A DNA stretch of 64,000 nucleotides from Dictyostelium discoideum (GCA_000004695.1 CM000151.3:7840001-7904000); one strand, 5' to 3'; positions 1-12,569 are shown, counted from the stretch's first letter. Translations and numbers: made by a program. Notes: generated by a model from the letters alone, not told the origin.

Positions 1-470
1 CAAATGTAATGGTAGCAAATAAAAAAAAAAAATATAATAATATTATATTTAAGTAATGTTAATTGTTGATGTTTTTGGAATGATTTGAAAAAAAAAAAAC
101 TAATTGTATTTATATTAATTTCGTCCCCCAGCAAATAAAAAAAAAAAAAAATTTAATTCAAATTAAATAAAATTTTTTTTTTTTTGGATATTTTTTTTTT
201 AAAAGTGCCACAAAACTTATTGGGACGAATCTGGGAAAAAACGATAGTTTTCTAAAAAAAAGTGATGGCAAAAATAGCTTTTCAGTTGCAAAGAATTTTT
301 TTTTTTGATGCGACCTCCTTTTTGATTGGTTATTGATACGAGTTTTTCAAATAAATTTAATAATTTGATTATGTGATTGGCTTAAACCAATTCTTTTAAA
401 ATCAAAATTTATTAAATTTTAATTAATAATTTTTTTTTCTATTTTTTTTTTTTTTTCTTTTTTTTTTCCC

Positions 471-502
<32 letters not shown>

Positions 503-516
503 GAATAACCTACTGG

Positions 517-566
<50 letters not shown>

Positions 567-1821
567 TTTTTTTTTAAAATTTTTTTTTCATTGCACATTT
601 TTTCGTCGATTTGTTTTTGGGATCAAAAGTGTTAACTGATTATCTAGATCCCATATGGTTTTTTGAAAAAAAATAAAAAAAAAAAAACAATCTACCTTAA
701 TTTAAGAACAGATAAAAAACGATAAAAAAAAATAAAAAAATAAAAAATAAAAAATAAAAAATAATATAGATATGTGATGTGTACAAAAATAAATAATTTC
801 AAAGAATAAGAAAAAAAATTTAAAATAAAAAATAAAAAATAAAAAAATAAAAAAATAAAGTTAGGATATATATCTCCTTTTCATTAGACGATAAAAACCA
901 AAAAAAAAAAATGAAAAAAATATTGTCATCATAATACTTTTTGTTTTCCCAAAGGAAACTTATTTTGATTGGGCATATGTTTTAGGTAAAATATATTACA
1001 AAAATAGGTTATTTTTTTTCTTGTTTTCATTTAATTTTTTTTGTCCAAAGATAAAATTATTTGAAAATTCATTTTTAAAACAAAATCCTTTTTACCCTTT
1101 TTTTTTCGTTTTTTTGATGGTTTCAATTTTACTTTTTTTTTTTTATTTTTTTTTAATTTTTCTTTTCATTTTCCATTTTTTTATTTTTTATTTTATTTTT
1201 ATTTTTATTTTTTTTTTTTTTTTTAATCACAACATATGAACACAGCACTTTGATTTATTTTAATTAATTTGTTTGGTGGTGATGGGTATTGGAACAACAT
1301 TGTTCTTATGAATAAAGACAAAATTGATTTAAAGAAAATGAATAAAGCACAACAGAATTGAAGATATTTGTTAGAAAATAGATTTATTCCATATTATTTT
1401 AAAAAAGAGACCGCTAAATCATTTGTAAAAATTATAGTAATTACTAATTTTTACAAATGATTTAGTGTTTTCTTTTTTTAAAATTAGTAAATACTATAAT
1501 TTTTTATTTTTTTTTAAAATTATTGCATACTTAAAAATCCACAAATTAATTAAATTAGCAATCGATTGCAAATTGGTGTTTTTAGAATTTATTTATCCCA
1601 AAATCAAAATATTACTTGATTAGTTTTTAAAAAAAAAAATAAATAAATAAAAATAAATATAATAAAAATATCCTATTTATACATTTAAAGCATATCTAGA
1701 TGAGCTGCTTTTTCATGAAGAAATAATTTTTTTTTTTTGTGGTCTGTGGTGACCAGAAATAATTTTTTTGAGATAATCGAAATATCCGAATGAAAGTAAT
1801 AAATTCCAAATTTTAATATTT

Positions 1822-1864
<43 letters not shown>

Positions 1865-2619
1865 AAATAAATTTTATATGGGAAAAAAATTAAATTTTAA
1901 GGGATGTAGTAAATCCCAGTGAAAATCTTAAAATCATGGATAATCTTTTGATAAAAAAAAAAAAAAAAAAAAATTATGTAATAAATAATAGTAAAGTTTT
2001 AAAGAGTGAAAAAATAAAAATGAAAAAAAGTACCATTATTATTTTTATTTTTATTATTTTTATTTTTTTTTTTTTTTTTTATTACATCCTTGTTATCAAG
2101 ATCTATTTCAATTAAAAAAATTCTAGAATTAACTAATTTATTGTATTTTTTTTTTTTTTTTTTTTTAAATTAAAAGATTATTTAATTTTTTTTTTTTTTT
2201 ATTTGGAAATTGGTGGGTAAAAATTATCATACGACGTTGATTTTTTTTGCGATAAGGGCAACTGATCAAAATTTTTTTTTAAAATTTTATTTTATTTAAT
2301 TAAAATTTTTTTTTTTTATAATAAAAAAAAAAAATCCCTTTAGAGGGAATTTCACTCATCAATAATTTTTTTTTTTCTCACACTTAAGATTTATTATTTT
2401 TTTTTTTTAAAATTTCCCAGTCAATTTAATTATTTAAATTAAATATTTGTTTTTTTTTTTTTTGTATATTTTTATCTATATATATATATAAATTCTATAA
2501 TTAAATAAAAATAAAAATAAAAATAATAAATCTCAATTTATTTTCATTTTATTTTTTTTTTATATTTTTATCTATATTTATATATATATATATATATTTA
2601 TATATTTATATTATGGTAA

Positions 2620-3801
2620 ATGATATATAATAATAATTTAATTTTAATAATTTCCAAAATTTTAATAATTACAAGTTTTTACAAGTTGATATCAGATTCA
2701 ATAAAATGTATATTCAGAGGTATTGGTGAAATTATGTTGGCAAGTAATGGTTATACAGGTTTGTTATTTTTAGTTGGTCTTTACTTTGAAAACCCTATTA
2801 TGGCAACGGTGGCATTATCATGTACAATAATATCAACACTTACAGCGGTAATATTAAAATTTAATAAAGAGAATATAATGGAAGGGTTATATGGATTTAA
2901 TTCATCATTGATTGGATGTGCAATGGTATTTTATTTAGAATTGAATATTTATGTTATCATTGGATTTATAATGGGATCAATTGTATCCACATTGTTGATG
3001 GAATTCTTCCTAAGGAATAATTTACCAGCGTATACATTTCCATTCATTTTCACAACATGGATACTATTATGGATTCTAAGGATACCAGGAATAACCAATG
3101 CAAAGCCGCCAAGTGACATAATCGATTACCAAGTACTAATTGACTATTCAATGCCTGCGCATTCATTTGGCCAAGTTTTATTCTTGGGTGATTGTATTAG
3201 TGGGTTGTTAGTATTGATTGGTGTTTATATATGGTCGCCAATCGCTTCACTCTATGGTATAATCTCCACATTAATCAGTGCTGGTATTTCAAATTATTTC
3301 CTCAATGTATCTGGTTCCGAGGTTTCTATAGAAAGAATTCACGCTGGTCTATATGGATTCAATGCAGTTTTATGTGGAATAGCTCAAAGTGGTAAAAAAC
3401 CAATTGATGGTATTTATGTATTAATATCTTTAATAATATCAACAACATTTTATATAATGTTAGTTCAAAATAATTTTACATCGTTAACTTTTCCTTTTGT
3501 TTTATCAATGTGGTTTTGTTGTATTTTGAAATTTATTATTTCAAATTATGATAATGATAAAATAAATAATATTATTGGAAATAATGGTGGTGGTGGTGGT
3601 GGTGTAAAACAAACAAAAGTGTATAAAAATTTTAAATTTGTTTTGAAAAAAGTTTCAAAATTAAGAAATAGAAGTAAACAAAATGGGAAATTTAAAAATT
3701 CAACAACAATCAACAATAATGATGACGAAAATGAATTTGCTTTAAAAAATATAATAGTACCAACAACAAATAATAATAACATATTGTTAAATATTATTTA
3801 G
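2620..3801 (+). CDS. Urea transporter (UT/SLC14 family)-like membrane protein with an Asn-rich C-terminal tail
   Basis: 393-aa ORF, multi-pass hydrophobic. It has two internal half-repeats, each containing the UT signature 'GLYGFN(S/A)xLxG' (EGLYGFNSSLIGCAM and AGLYGFNAVLCGIA). The N-terminus 'GIGEIMLASNGYTGLLFLVGLYFENP' parallels UT-B '[30 protein letters not shown]'. The exact start is uncertain (an ATG at 2613 is followed by a stop; 2620 is taken). Confidence 0.6.
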   Translation: MIYNNNLILIISKILIITSFYKLISDSIKCIFRGIGEIMLASNGYTGLLFLVGLYFENPIMATVALSCTIISTLTAVILKFNKENIMEGLYGFNSSLIGCAMVFYLELNIYVIIGFIMGSIVSTLLMEFFLRNNLPAYTFPFIFTTWILLWILRIPGITNAKPPSDIIDYQVLIDYSMPAHSFGQVLFLGDCISGLLVLIGVYIWSPIASLYGIISTLISAGISNYFLNVSGSEVSIERIHAGLYGFNAVLCGIAQSGKKPIDGIYVLISLIISTTFYIMLVQNNFTSLTFPFVLSMWFCCILKFIISNYDNDKINNIIGNNGGGGGGVKQTKVYKNFKFVLKKVSKLRNRSKQNGKFKNSTTINNNDDENEFALKNIIVPTTNNNNILLNII

Positions 3802-4508
3802 TTTTAAAATAATAAAAATCTAAAAATAAATTCTAAAAAATAAAAATAAAAAAAAAAAAAAAAAAAAAAATTAAATTATTATAATTTGATCAGTTGAATT
3901 ATCTTAAAAAATAAAAATAAAAAAAATAAAAAAAAATTGGAAAATAAAAAAAAAAATCTAATCAAACTTTTTTTTTTGAAAATTCGTATTTTTTTTTTTT
4001 TATCCCATAAAAAATCTCCTCAATGTTTGAGTATTAGTGGAAAAGCTATATTATTTAAACAAGTCACAGTTTGGATCTTGCTATGCTTCCTATCCTGGTG
4101 GCCAACAAAAACAGCCTTGGTGTGTTTTTGTGTATAAAATAGTAAAGTAGAAAGTTCAGTGATGGGCAATGACTTGTTGGTTTCTTACAGACATATCTCA
4201 ATCATCACAGGTACAATCCACCAAAATTAAATTAAAAAAATAAACAAAAATAAAGGCATAGATTTTTATTTTTTTTAATATCTATCTACTTTAATCCTAT
4301 CATTTTACTTTCCAAAGAAAGAAAAAAAAAAAGAAAAAAAAAAGAAAAAAAATAATTTAAACTAATAAATAAAAAAGAGATAACTTTTAAAATTCTAAAA
4401 AAAAAAAAAGTGCACAGATTTTTTTTTTAAAAAAAAAGATAAAATGAATTTATAAATAAATAAAAACAATTTTAAAATTTTAATATATATATACAAAAGT
4501 TTGATTTA

Positions 4509-4979
4509 TTATTTTAAATTAAAATCCTCAGAATCATCAATAGCAGATGACATTGTTGTAGAGGTATGAAAAGAGTTATTATTATTATTATTATTGTTAT
4601 TATTTTGATTTACTTGTGTTAGTGTTGGTGTAGTTATGTTATTTGGTGTTTGATTTGTTGGTGAAGAAATAGATGGGGTAGTATTTGTTGTCGTTGTTGC
4701 TGTTGTATTTGTGGTAGTAGTAGTGGGATTATTAAATATTAAAGATTGTGTCCCTTTATAAATTTTTAAAAGTGTATCAATTCTTGGTATTAATTCTTCA
4801 AATGCTAAAACCATTTTATTTTTACCTTCAACTATGAATGCCATGTAAAAGATAACATTATGCTTTGTAATACCTTCATTAATTACAATTTGCTCAATCT
4901 TTGATTTCTCTATAAATTCCACAACTGTTGATGGTCTTAAAAAATATTTTCTTTTTAATTGAACTCCTATCTCTCTCAT
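4509..4979 (-). CDS. Hypothetical small protein (alpha/beta N-domain plus Thr/Asn-rich tail); a 5' exon is possible
   Basis: 156-aa ORF with Dictyostelium codon usage. A 'ttcag' acceptor-like site lies immediately upstream of the ATG, so the true start may be in an upstream exon. I see no recognisable family. Confidence 0.3.
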   Translation of the reverse strand: MREIGVQLKRKYFLRPSTVVEFIEKSKIEQIVINEGITKHNVIFYMAFIVEGKNKMVLAFEELIPRIDTLLKIYKGTQSLIFNNPTTTTTNTTATTTTNTTPSISSPTNQTPNNITTPTLTQVNQNNNNNNNNNNSFHTSTTMSSAIDDSEDFNLK

Positions 4980-5027
4980 TACAATTAATGATTCTGAATA
5001 AAAAATAAAAAAAATAAAAAAAATTAA

Positions 5028-5090
<63 letters not shown>

Positions 5091-5633
5091 AACAAACCTT
5101 CTTTTACAATAAAAAATTTTAAATAAAATCTAAATAAAATTAATGCAAACAAGAAATAAGTCGAGAAAGATTTAAATAGAGATTGAGAATAGAATTGATG
5201 TTTTACAAATGTACATATAAAAGTGAATAAAAGGAATAGATCGAAATAGGTTATTAATGATCTATCCTTTCTTGATATTTTATATTCTCTAACATCGTTA
5301 TTAATTGGTATACAACTATATTCCATGTCCTATTACTGTAATTGATATCCTTTTATATCATTTGATTCGGTTATTGATAAGGTAACGTCGGTGAACAAAA
5401 AATAAAAAAATAAAAAAAAAAAATAAAAATAAAAAAAAAAATTTTAAAAAAAAAACTTTTTATGTTTATTTTTTTTATGAAATTAAAAAACCTGGAAATT
5501 CTTGTTGTTTTCTTGGATTATTTTTAAAATTAAAATTAATTTCATGTTAAGTTTTATTTTAATAAATTTCCAAAATTAATTTAAAAAACTTTGAGAACAA
5601 AATTTTTGAGTTTTAAATTTAAAATATAGATTA

Positions 5634-5707
5634 GTTCGGATGGTGTAGTCGGTTATCACGAATCCTTAACACGGATTAGGTCGTGGGTTCGATTCCCGCT
5701 CTGAATA
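5634..5707 (+). tRNA. tRNA-Val (anticodon AAC)
   Basis: Cloverleaf read by hand. Acceptor GTTCGGA/TCTGAAT (two G-U pairs). D-arm GTGTAGTCGGTTATCAC. Anticodon arm AATCC-TTAACAC-GGATT, with AAC at positions 34-36. Variable loop AGGTC. T-arm GTGGG-TTCGATT-CCCGC. Discriminator A. Very similar to the metazoan tRNA-Val-AAC core (TTATCACG..CCTAACACG..AGGTC). Confidence 0.8.
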
Positions 5708-5739
5708 CTCTCTTTCCCTTTACCACATTATATGTCGTA

Positions 5740-5750
5740 GGTTCGACTCC
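5740..5750 (+). promoter_or_regulatory. External B box (exB) downstream of tRNA-Val
   Basis: GGTTCGACTCC, a second B-box consensus copy, sits 33 bp past the tRNA 3' end. It is followed by a T11 run at about 5763-5775 that probably acts as the Pol III terminator. Dictyostelium tRNA genes commonly carry an exB. Confidence 0.55.
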
Positions 5751-6539
5751 TTTCACAGATTCAATTTTTTTTTTTGTTTTTTTTATTATTTTTAAACTAA
5801 TCAAGGTAAAAAATAGATTATATACCTACTAAATATTTTATCCATACTTCTAGTTTAATTTTTATCTTTTCTTTTTTTAAATAAAAGAAAATGAGATAAT
5901 AATTTCAATTTGGAGGAAATTAAGTTTGTATATGTGCAGCTATTTTTTTTTTTTTTTTTAATTTTATTTTTTTTTTGGGTTAAGTTATTTTATTATTTAT
6001 TTGTTATTAAATTTGTGTTTAAAAAATTTCAAATAAAAAAAAAATAGTGGAGCATATGGATGGATATTATAAAAAAAAATTTTATTTGATAAAAAAAAAA
6101 AATAGTAATATTAATAACTCCATGCAACTAAAAAGAAGAATTATCTCAAAAAAAGACTTTCTAATATTATTTTTTTAGGACTTTGAATCAAAGAAAAGTA
6201 ATATTATTTAGGTATTTAATTAGATATAACTAAAATCTATAATTTAAAAAAAAGATATGAATAGATATTATCTAAGATCTTCAAGATATAGGGCAGAAAA
6301 GAATAAGAGTATCGAAATCTAACTATCAATAATATTAACGAAAAAAAAAAAAAAAATTTTGGTTTTATTTTCATTATATTATTATTATTAATGCAACGAC
6401 CACTATTTTAATAATAAAACATTTGTTGTCGCCATACAATTTTTCATTCTTAATTTCTTATTCACACAATGACAACCTCGCTCCAATATCTAAAAATAAA
6501 AATAAATTTAAAAAATGAAATTACCACTTCAATATCTAA

Positions 6540-6662
6540 ATATATTAAAAAACTATATAAAAAAAAAAAAACAAATTTTCAAACATCATCGAATTAATTT
6601 AAAAAAAAAACAAATTTTCAAACATCATCGAATTAATTTAAAAAAAAAACAAATTTTCAAAC
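6540..6662 (+). repeat. 36-bp tandem repeat x3 (aaaaaaaaaacaaattttcaaacatcatcgaattaattt)
   Basis: Three near-identical tandem units are visible directly. They generate the artefactual ORF 6515..6712 (KKKQIFKHHRINL x3). Confidence 0.7.
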
Positions 6663-7231
6663 ATCACCAAATGAATTTAATAAAAAAACAAAATAAAAAA
6701 ATTATATATTAATTTAACAAATAAAAAAAAAAACAAAAAACAATAAAAAAAAATAGTTGGAAAAAATTCGGAAATTTTTTTTTTTTTTTTTATCACCCCG
6801 GGACAAACAAAAACATTGATTACAACCAAAACTATTTTTAATGATCAATTATTAACGAATTTTTGGTATATTTATTTCCCATTAACCAAACTTGGCTACC
6901 TGACCCATTTTTTTTTTTTTTTTTTTTTTTATATTTAATTAAAGTTTATTAAAAAGCCAATTCAAATAATATCATAAAAATTATTCAATAAATAACTTAT
7001 TAATTTAAATAAAAGATAATTGATTAGTCATTGGTTTAATTATTATTATTTTTTTTTTTTTTTTAAATATTTATTTTTTATTTTTTATTTTTTTTTTTTT
7101 GGTTATTCCTTATTTTTTATTTTATTTATTTTTTATTTATTTTTTATTTTTTTATTTAATTGGGAATTAATATTAATTTTGGGATTAATCATAAAAAACA
7201 TTGGGGTCAATATTTTCACAATAAGCAAATG

Positions 7232-7269
<38 letters not shown>

Positions 7270-7610
7270 AAAAAAAAAAAAATGAAAAAAAAAAAAAAAA
7301 ATTAAAAAAAATGAAAAAAAAAAAAATAATAAAAATAATAGGGATTGTAAAAATAATTAGTTTTCTTGTTTAAATTCCGTTTGCATATCAATATATATGT
7401 AACGAAGTGATGGGGATTGTTTTTTTTTTGTTTTATTTTTTAATTATTTTTATTTTTTTTTTATTTTTTTGGTTTTATTTTTTTTTTCTGTTTAAAAAAA
7501 TGAATTTTTCGTGCTGGGAAACCACCAGTGCGCAAAAGTACCCGACAATCAAATTGAATTTTTGAAATTTAATTGTTTTTTTTTTTTTTTTTTTTAAATT
7601 TCGACTTTTT

Positions 7611-7642
<32 letters not shown>

Positions 7643-7913
7643 TTTCTTTTTTTTTTCTTTTCAAAACAATTTTTTTTTTTACAAATCAATAATTTTTTTT
7701 TTCCTTCTTTTTAATCTCCTATATTTATTTATATGCTTAATTTTTCAAAAAGTCAAAAAATAAAAAAATTGCTATTATATATATATATTTTTTTTGGCAA
7801 TAATTAAATAGTGTTTAACTCCGACATAATTTCAGATTTTTAAATTTTTAAATAAATAAATAATTAATGTAGGTATAGCAACAACAAAAATTAATAATTA
7901 TTTTTTTTTTAGA

Positions 7914-8085
7914 TGTTGACAACATTTTTTGGATATTTTCATATTTATTATCCCTTCATATACAAATAATTTTTTTTTTTTTTAATTGTTGACAACATCG
8001 CTTTATGAAAATAATTTATTTCTTTATTTTATTGTTCCTCTTTTTCATACAAATAAAATTATTTTAAAATGTTGGCAACACATTT
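7914..8085. promoter_or_regulatory. Three copies of a roughly 75-bp unit with a palindromic core TGTTGACAACA (third copy TGTTGGCAACA) upstream of the 8602 gene
   Basis: gaTGTTGACAACAtttt at about 7914, atTGTTGACAACAtcg at about 7988 and aaTGTTGGCAACAcat at about 8070. Each is followed by '...catacaaataa'-like sequence. They lie about 520-690 bp upstream of the ATG at 8602. Confidence 0.35.
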
Positions 8086-8267
8086 AAAAAAAAAAAAATC
8101 CTAAACGGTGTGGGAGTTTTTTCTTGTGACGCAGATATTTTTATTTTTTTTAAATTTTTTTTTTTTTCATTTTTTTTTTTTTTTTGCTTACATAAAATTG
8201 TGCTTCAAATTCCCATTCGGCTTTAGAAAAATGATTTGGCTGATATTTATTTTTTGAAATTTCAAAA

Positions 8268-8303
<36 letters not shown>

Positions 8304-8601
8304 TTTTTGCTGTTTAGGTGTTGCAAAAATTTCGTACATATTTTTTTTTTTTTTTGCTCATTTTTTTTTTTTTTTTTTTTTTTTAAAATAGAACACAAGG
8401 AAAAATATTCTAATAATTGTATTTTATTTTTACTTCAAATTTATTTTCATTGCTTTATAACAACAAAAAAAAATAAAAAAAAATTAAAAATATCGCGCAC
8501 CAAATAAAAACTATTTTTGGATTTTTCAAACTTTTTTTTTCTTTCTCTATAGATTTACTTTCAAACTCACACGCATAAAAAATAAAAAATAAAATAAAAA
8601 A

Positions 8602-8880
8602 ATGACACAAAAAGATAAAAGATCAAATAGAAGAAGAGTTTCTTGTGGATTCCACCATAAAAGACATCAAGCATGTCCAGATAATTGTGAAGGTAGAATT
8701 TCTCATCCACCTGATGTACATCCACCAGTTCAAGATAAATTTACAGTAGGTTGCACTGAATGTAAAAGTTTTTTCCAAGAAAAGTTGTTTAGTCAAACTA
8801 CTTTATCTGGTAAACCTTTAAGTCAAATTATTGCAACAAATAATAATAATAATACAAATAGTAATAATACAAATAATACA

Positions 8881-8936
<56 letters not shown>

Positions 8937-9477
8937 AAATAATAATGACGATAATAATAATTTACCAACTCAAGTAAATAAAAAAAAGAGAACTACAACT
9001 CAACCAATAAATATTAAAAAAATTGAAAAATCAATTCCATTTGAAGTAAATTTCATATCTTCATCAACACCATCATCAAGTAATACATCACCATCAATGT
9101 CTCCACCAACTTATCAACAAAGTGATAATAGCTCTGCCATTGTTCCATCTTTTACTTTAAGTTCAAATATTGTACAAACCTTTTCATCTGCTAATCCTTT
9201 ATCCTCATCTGGTGAAACTAAAAAAAGAAAATTCTCTTATGACGGCAACAGCAGTGGCAGTGATACAGAAGAATTTACCTCAAGATCGTCATCTTTCTCT
9301 AGATCTTCATCTCCTTTATCTCTTTCATGTGTTCCAAGTCCTTCAAATTCTTCACCAATTGCTTCTCCTCAATTAACCGTTCCATCAACTCCATTACTTA
9401 CCAGTGTTAATGGTAGTCGTAATAATAATAATAGTAATAATAATAGTAATAATAATAATAATAATCAAATTCAAAAC

Positions 9478-9508
<31 letters not shown>

Positions 9509-10071
9509 TTAATAATAATATTATTAATAATAAAGATAATAATATTTTGGTTGCAGAATCATTATTATTTTTATTAGAACAAGAAGTTGAAAAAGAAATA
9601 ATAACACAAAAAGAAAATGACCTTTCTGCCAGAAAATTAAAACAAATCCAAGAACAGGAATATGTTGAAAGAATACAACAAGTTTTGGAATATAAAAAGG
9701 GTCAACAAGATATAGAATATCAAAAATTACAACAAAAACAAATGGAATTAGAAAAATGGAAATCACAATTAATAAATTTTGAAAAGGAATTAACTTTTAA
9801 ACAACAATATATAAATAGTATAAATTATAATTTACAACAACAACAACACCAACAGCAAATTAAAGCTCAAATTCAACCACAACAACAATTACAACAACAA
9901 CAACAAAATAAGTCAATTAATTCAATGGTATGTAAAAAAAAAAAAAAAAATACAAGTTTTCAGGATCTTACTAACTTTTTTTTTTTTTCTTCTCTTTTCC
10001 TAATTTAGTCATTTTTTAATTTATTAAACTCTTTGGCTGAAGAAAGTCCAATTGCCACTTTGTCATCATAA
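8602..10071 (+). CDS. Hypothetical Asn/Gln-rich protein with a Cys/His-rich N-terminus and a coiled-coil C-terminal region (probably 2 exons)
   Basis: Exon 1 is 8602..9927 (442 codons), ending '...SINSM' at a GTATGT donor at 9928. A tentative exon 2 is 10009..10071 (SFFNLLNSLAEESPIATLSS*), after a cctaatttAG acceptor. The N-terminus reads 'RRVSCGFHHKRHQACPDNCEGRISHPPDVHPP...GCTECKSFF'. Heptad-like EQEVEKEIITQKENDLSARKLKQIQEQEYVERIQQVLEYKK follows. Confidence 0.5.
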
Positions 10072-10281
10072 ATTTATTTATTTCCAAAAAAAAAAAAGTT
10101 AATATATTTTTTATGATGCTACAAACAATAGAAATTCAAAAAGTTTCTGTTGATTTTTTTTTTTCCGGCGAACATTGGTGAATGTATCGTTGAATAAAAT
10201 ATTGGCCAATCCTTTTTTTTTTTTTGTTTTTCTTTTGGCTTAAAAAAAAAACAACAAATTTGTAAATAATCAACCTTAAAC

Positions 10282-10313
<32 letters not shown>

Positions 10314-10365
10314 TAATAAAAAATTAAATATATTTATAAACATATACAAAATTATTTATTTTATT

Positions 10366-10743
10366 TTATTGTTGTTGTGAATTATTAATATCTCCTTCGA
10401 GTTGGATAATAATTTTTTGAATTTCTTCATTAGTTTGAGAAGAGAAAATTGATTTATTCACATCCATTTGGTTTGGTTGAAAAAGTTTTGATAATTCTTG
10501 AGTGTATTGAATACCTTGAGGGTTTTGTGTTGGAACAGAAGTTAATAGTGGAAAGGTATTAATATCATCTTCTAAAAAATTACTATCTTGTAATTGATGA
10601 TGGTGATAGGGAGTAGAGGTTTGTTTACTTTCTTCATTTTGATTAGAATTTAATGTACTACTAATATCACTATCGCCCTCTTCATTTGTTTGACTATTAC
10701 ATTTTGATTTATCTTGATCTAAAGTTGTATCATTATTTACATT

Positions 10744-10829
<86 letters not shown>

Positions 10830-10878
10830 TGTTTTTATTATCTTTTTCATCATTATCATCATTATTATCATCATTATT

Positions 10879-10909
<31 letters not shown>

Positions 10910-11852
10910 TCATCATAAACATTTGTTTCATTAGGTAATGATTCATTTTGATCTCTATTATTAATTTTTGCAAATAATCTTTTACTACAATCTTTCCATT
11001 GTGCCAACTCTTTAAAGAGAGCATCAAGCTTTTTCAAATGTTTTTTCTTTGTTAAATCCAATTCTTGTTCATGTTCATCCATTTCCTTTTGCATTCTCTT
11101 GTCAAAGGAGACTTTAACGATTTCAGCATATTGTTTACTCTCATCGAGTTGAATTTTTAATGAACCAATTTCTTTTTCCCATTGAACCAATTTATTTTGG
11201 GATTCATTGTGTTTCATTTCAAATTCATCTACCATTTTCAAAGCTTTACAAAGTTCTGCTTGATGTTGTTCCTTTGATTTCTCCAAATCCAATTTAATTT
11301 CAGTATTTCTTTGTTGTTCAAATTTAAATTGTTGTTGTAATTGTTGACTTTGATTTTGCAATTGTTGATTTTGTTGTTGTATTTGATGGTTTTGTTGTTG
11401 TGTTTGATGATTTTGTTGTTGTAATTGTTGGTATTGTTGTTGTAATTGTTGTAATTGTTGAGTTAATTGATTTTGTTGTTGGATTTGTGGATCCACTAAG
11501 TTTTCAATTTGTTGTGGTTGTTGTTGTTGTTGTTGTGGTGGTTGCTGTTGATTGCTCTTCATACTTCTTAATAACTCATTTCTAACAACTAATGCAATAT
11601 CTTCAGCTTTTAATGCTTGTTCTTTTGGTTTTTTATCAAATTCTCCATTCAATGCGGCCTCAACATTTCTTAAACGAGTTTGGAATTTGGATGCAATGTT
11701 TTTCCAATATGATGCATCACTTGATGACGATGAATGAGTGGATGAAGATGTTGTTTTATCATTGTTGTTATGATTATTTATATTGCCACTATTACTACGA
11801 CTAGTACCATTATTATTATTATTGGTATTGGCATTGGTATTGGTATTATTTA

Positions 11853-11891
<39 letters not shown>

Positions 11892-12569
11892 TTACATTAT
11901 TTACACTATTGATATTATTCTTTGATGAATGAGTAATTTTTTCAAGTAAGGAAATCGATTCACCTGAAGAGTCAATAGATTCAACTTGGTCATTTAGACC
12001 ATCAAATATTTCATCAACAGCATTGCCATTTAGGTTTGAAGTATCAATATTTTCATTTGGTTTTTGTTTTTTTGAAATATTGGAAGAGGAGGGTTGGTTT
12101 GAGCCATTTTGATTTCTTGATTTATCTTTTGATCCAACATTTCTATTATTGTTGTTATTACTACTATTGTTGTTATTGTTATTATTATTATTGTTATTAT
12201 TATTATTAATTGGGATTGTAGTCTTAAAGTGTGCAATTGGTTTTGTTCCTTGTATTTGTTGATTTGGAAATGAAACTTTTAAGTTTGAAATCTTTGAAGT
12301 TGGAACAGATCCTGCATGGGATTCTTGTTGCACACCTGTTAACTTTTTACTCATTTCACTAACCATTTTATCCCTATTCATTAATAAATTTGTTAATTCT
12401 TCAATCTTTTTATCTTTTGATAAATTTTCTTCATTGTTATTATTGTTGCTGTTGTTATTATTATTACTATTATTATTATTGTTGTTATTGTTATTGTTAT
12501 TATTACTATTATTATTATTTATATTATTGTTATTATTGTTATTACTATTATTATTAATATTATTATTAA

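Noticed and set aside
1021-1239. 72-aa poly-Phe ORF and several similar ORFs (7020.., 8150.., 56363.., 57101..)
   Set aside because: They are translations of poly(T)/poly(A) low-complexity intergenic DNA with no coding signal.
5731-5760. A second tRNA gene immediately downstream of tRNA-Val (T-arm-like GTCGTAGGTTCGACTCC)
   Set aside because: Only a B-box/T-arm-like segment is present, with no acceptor, D or anticodon arms. It is interpreted as an external B box.
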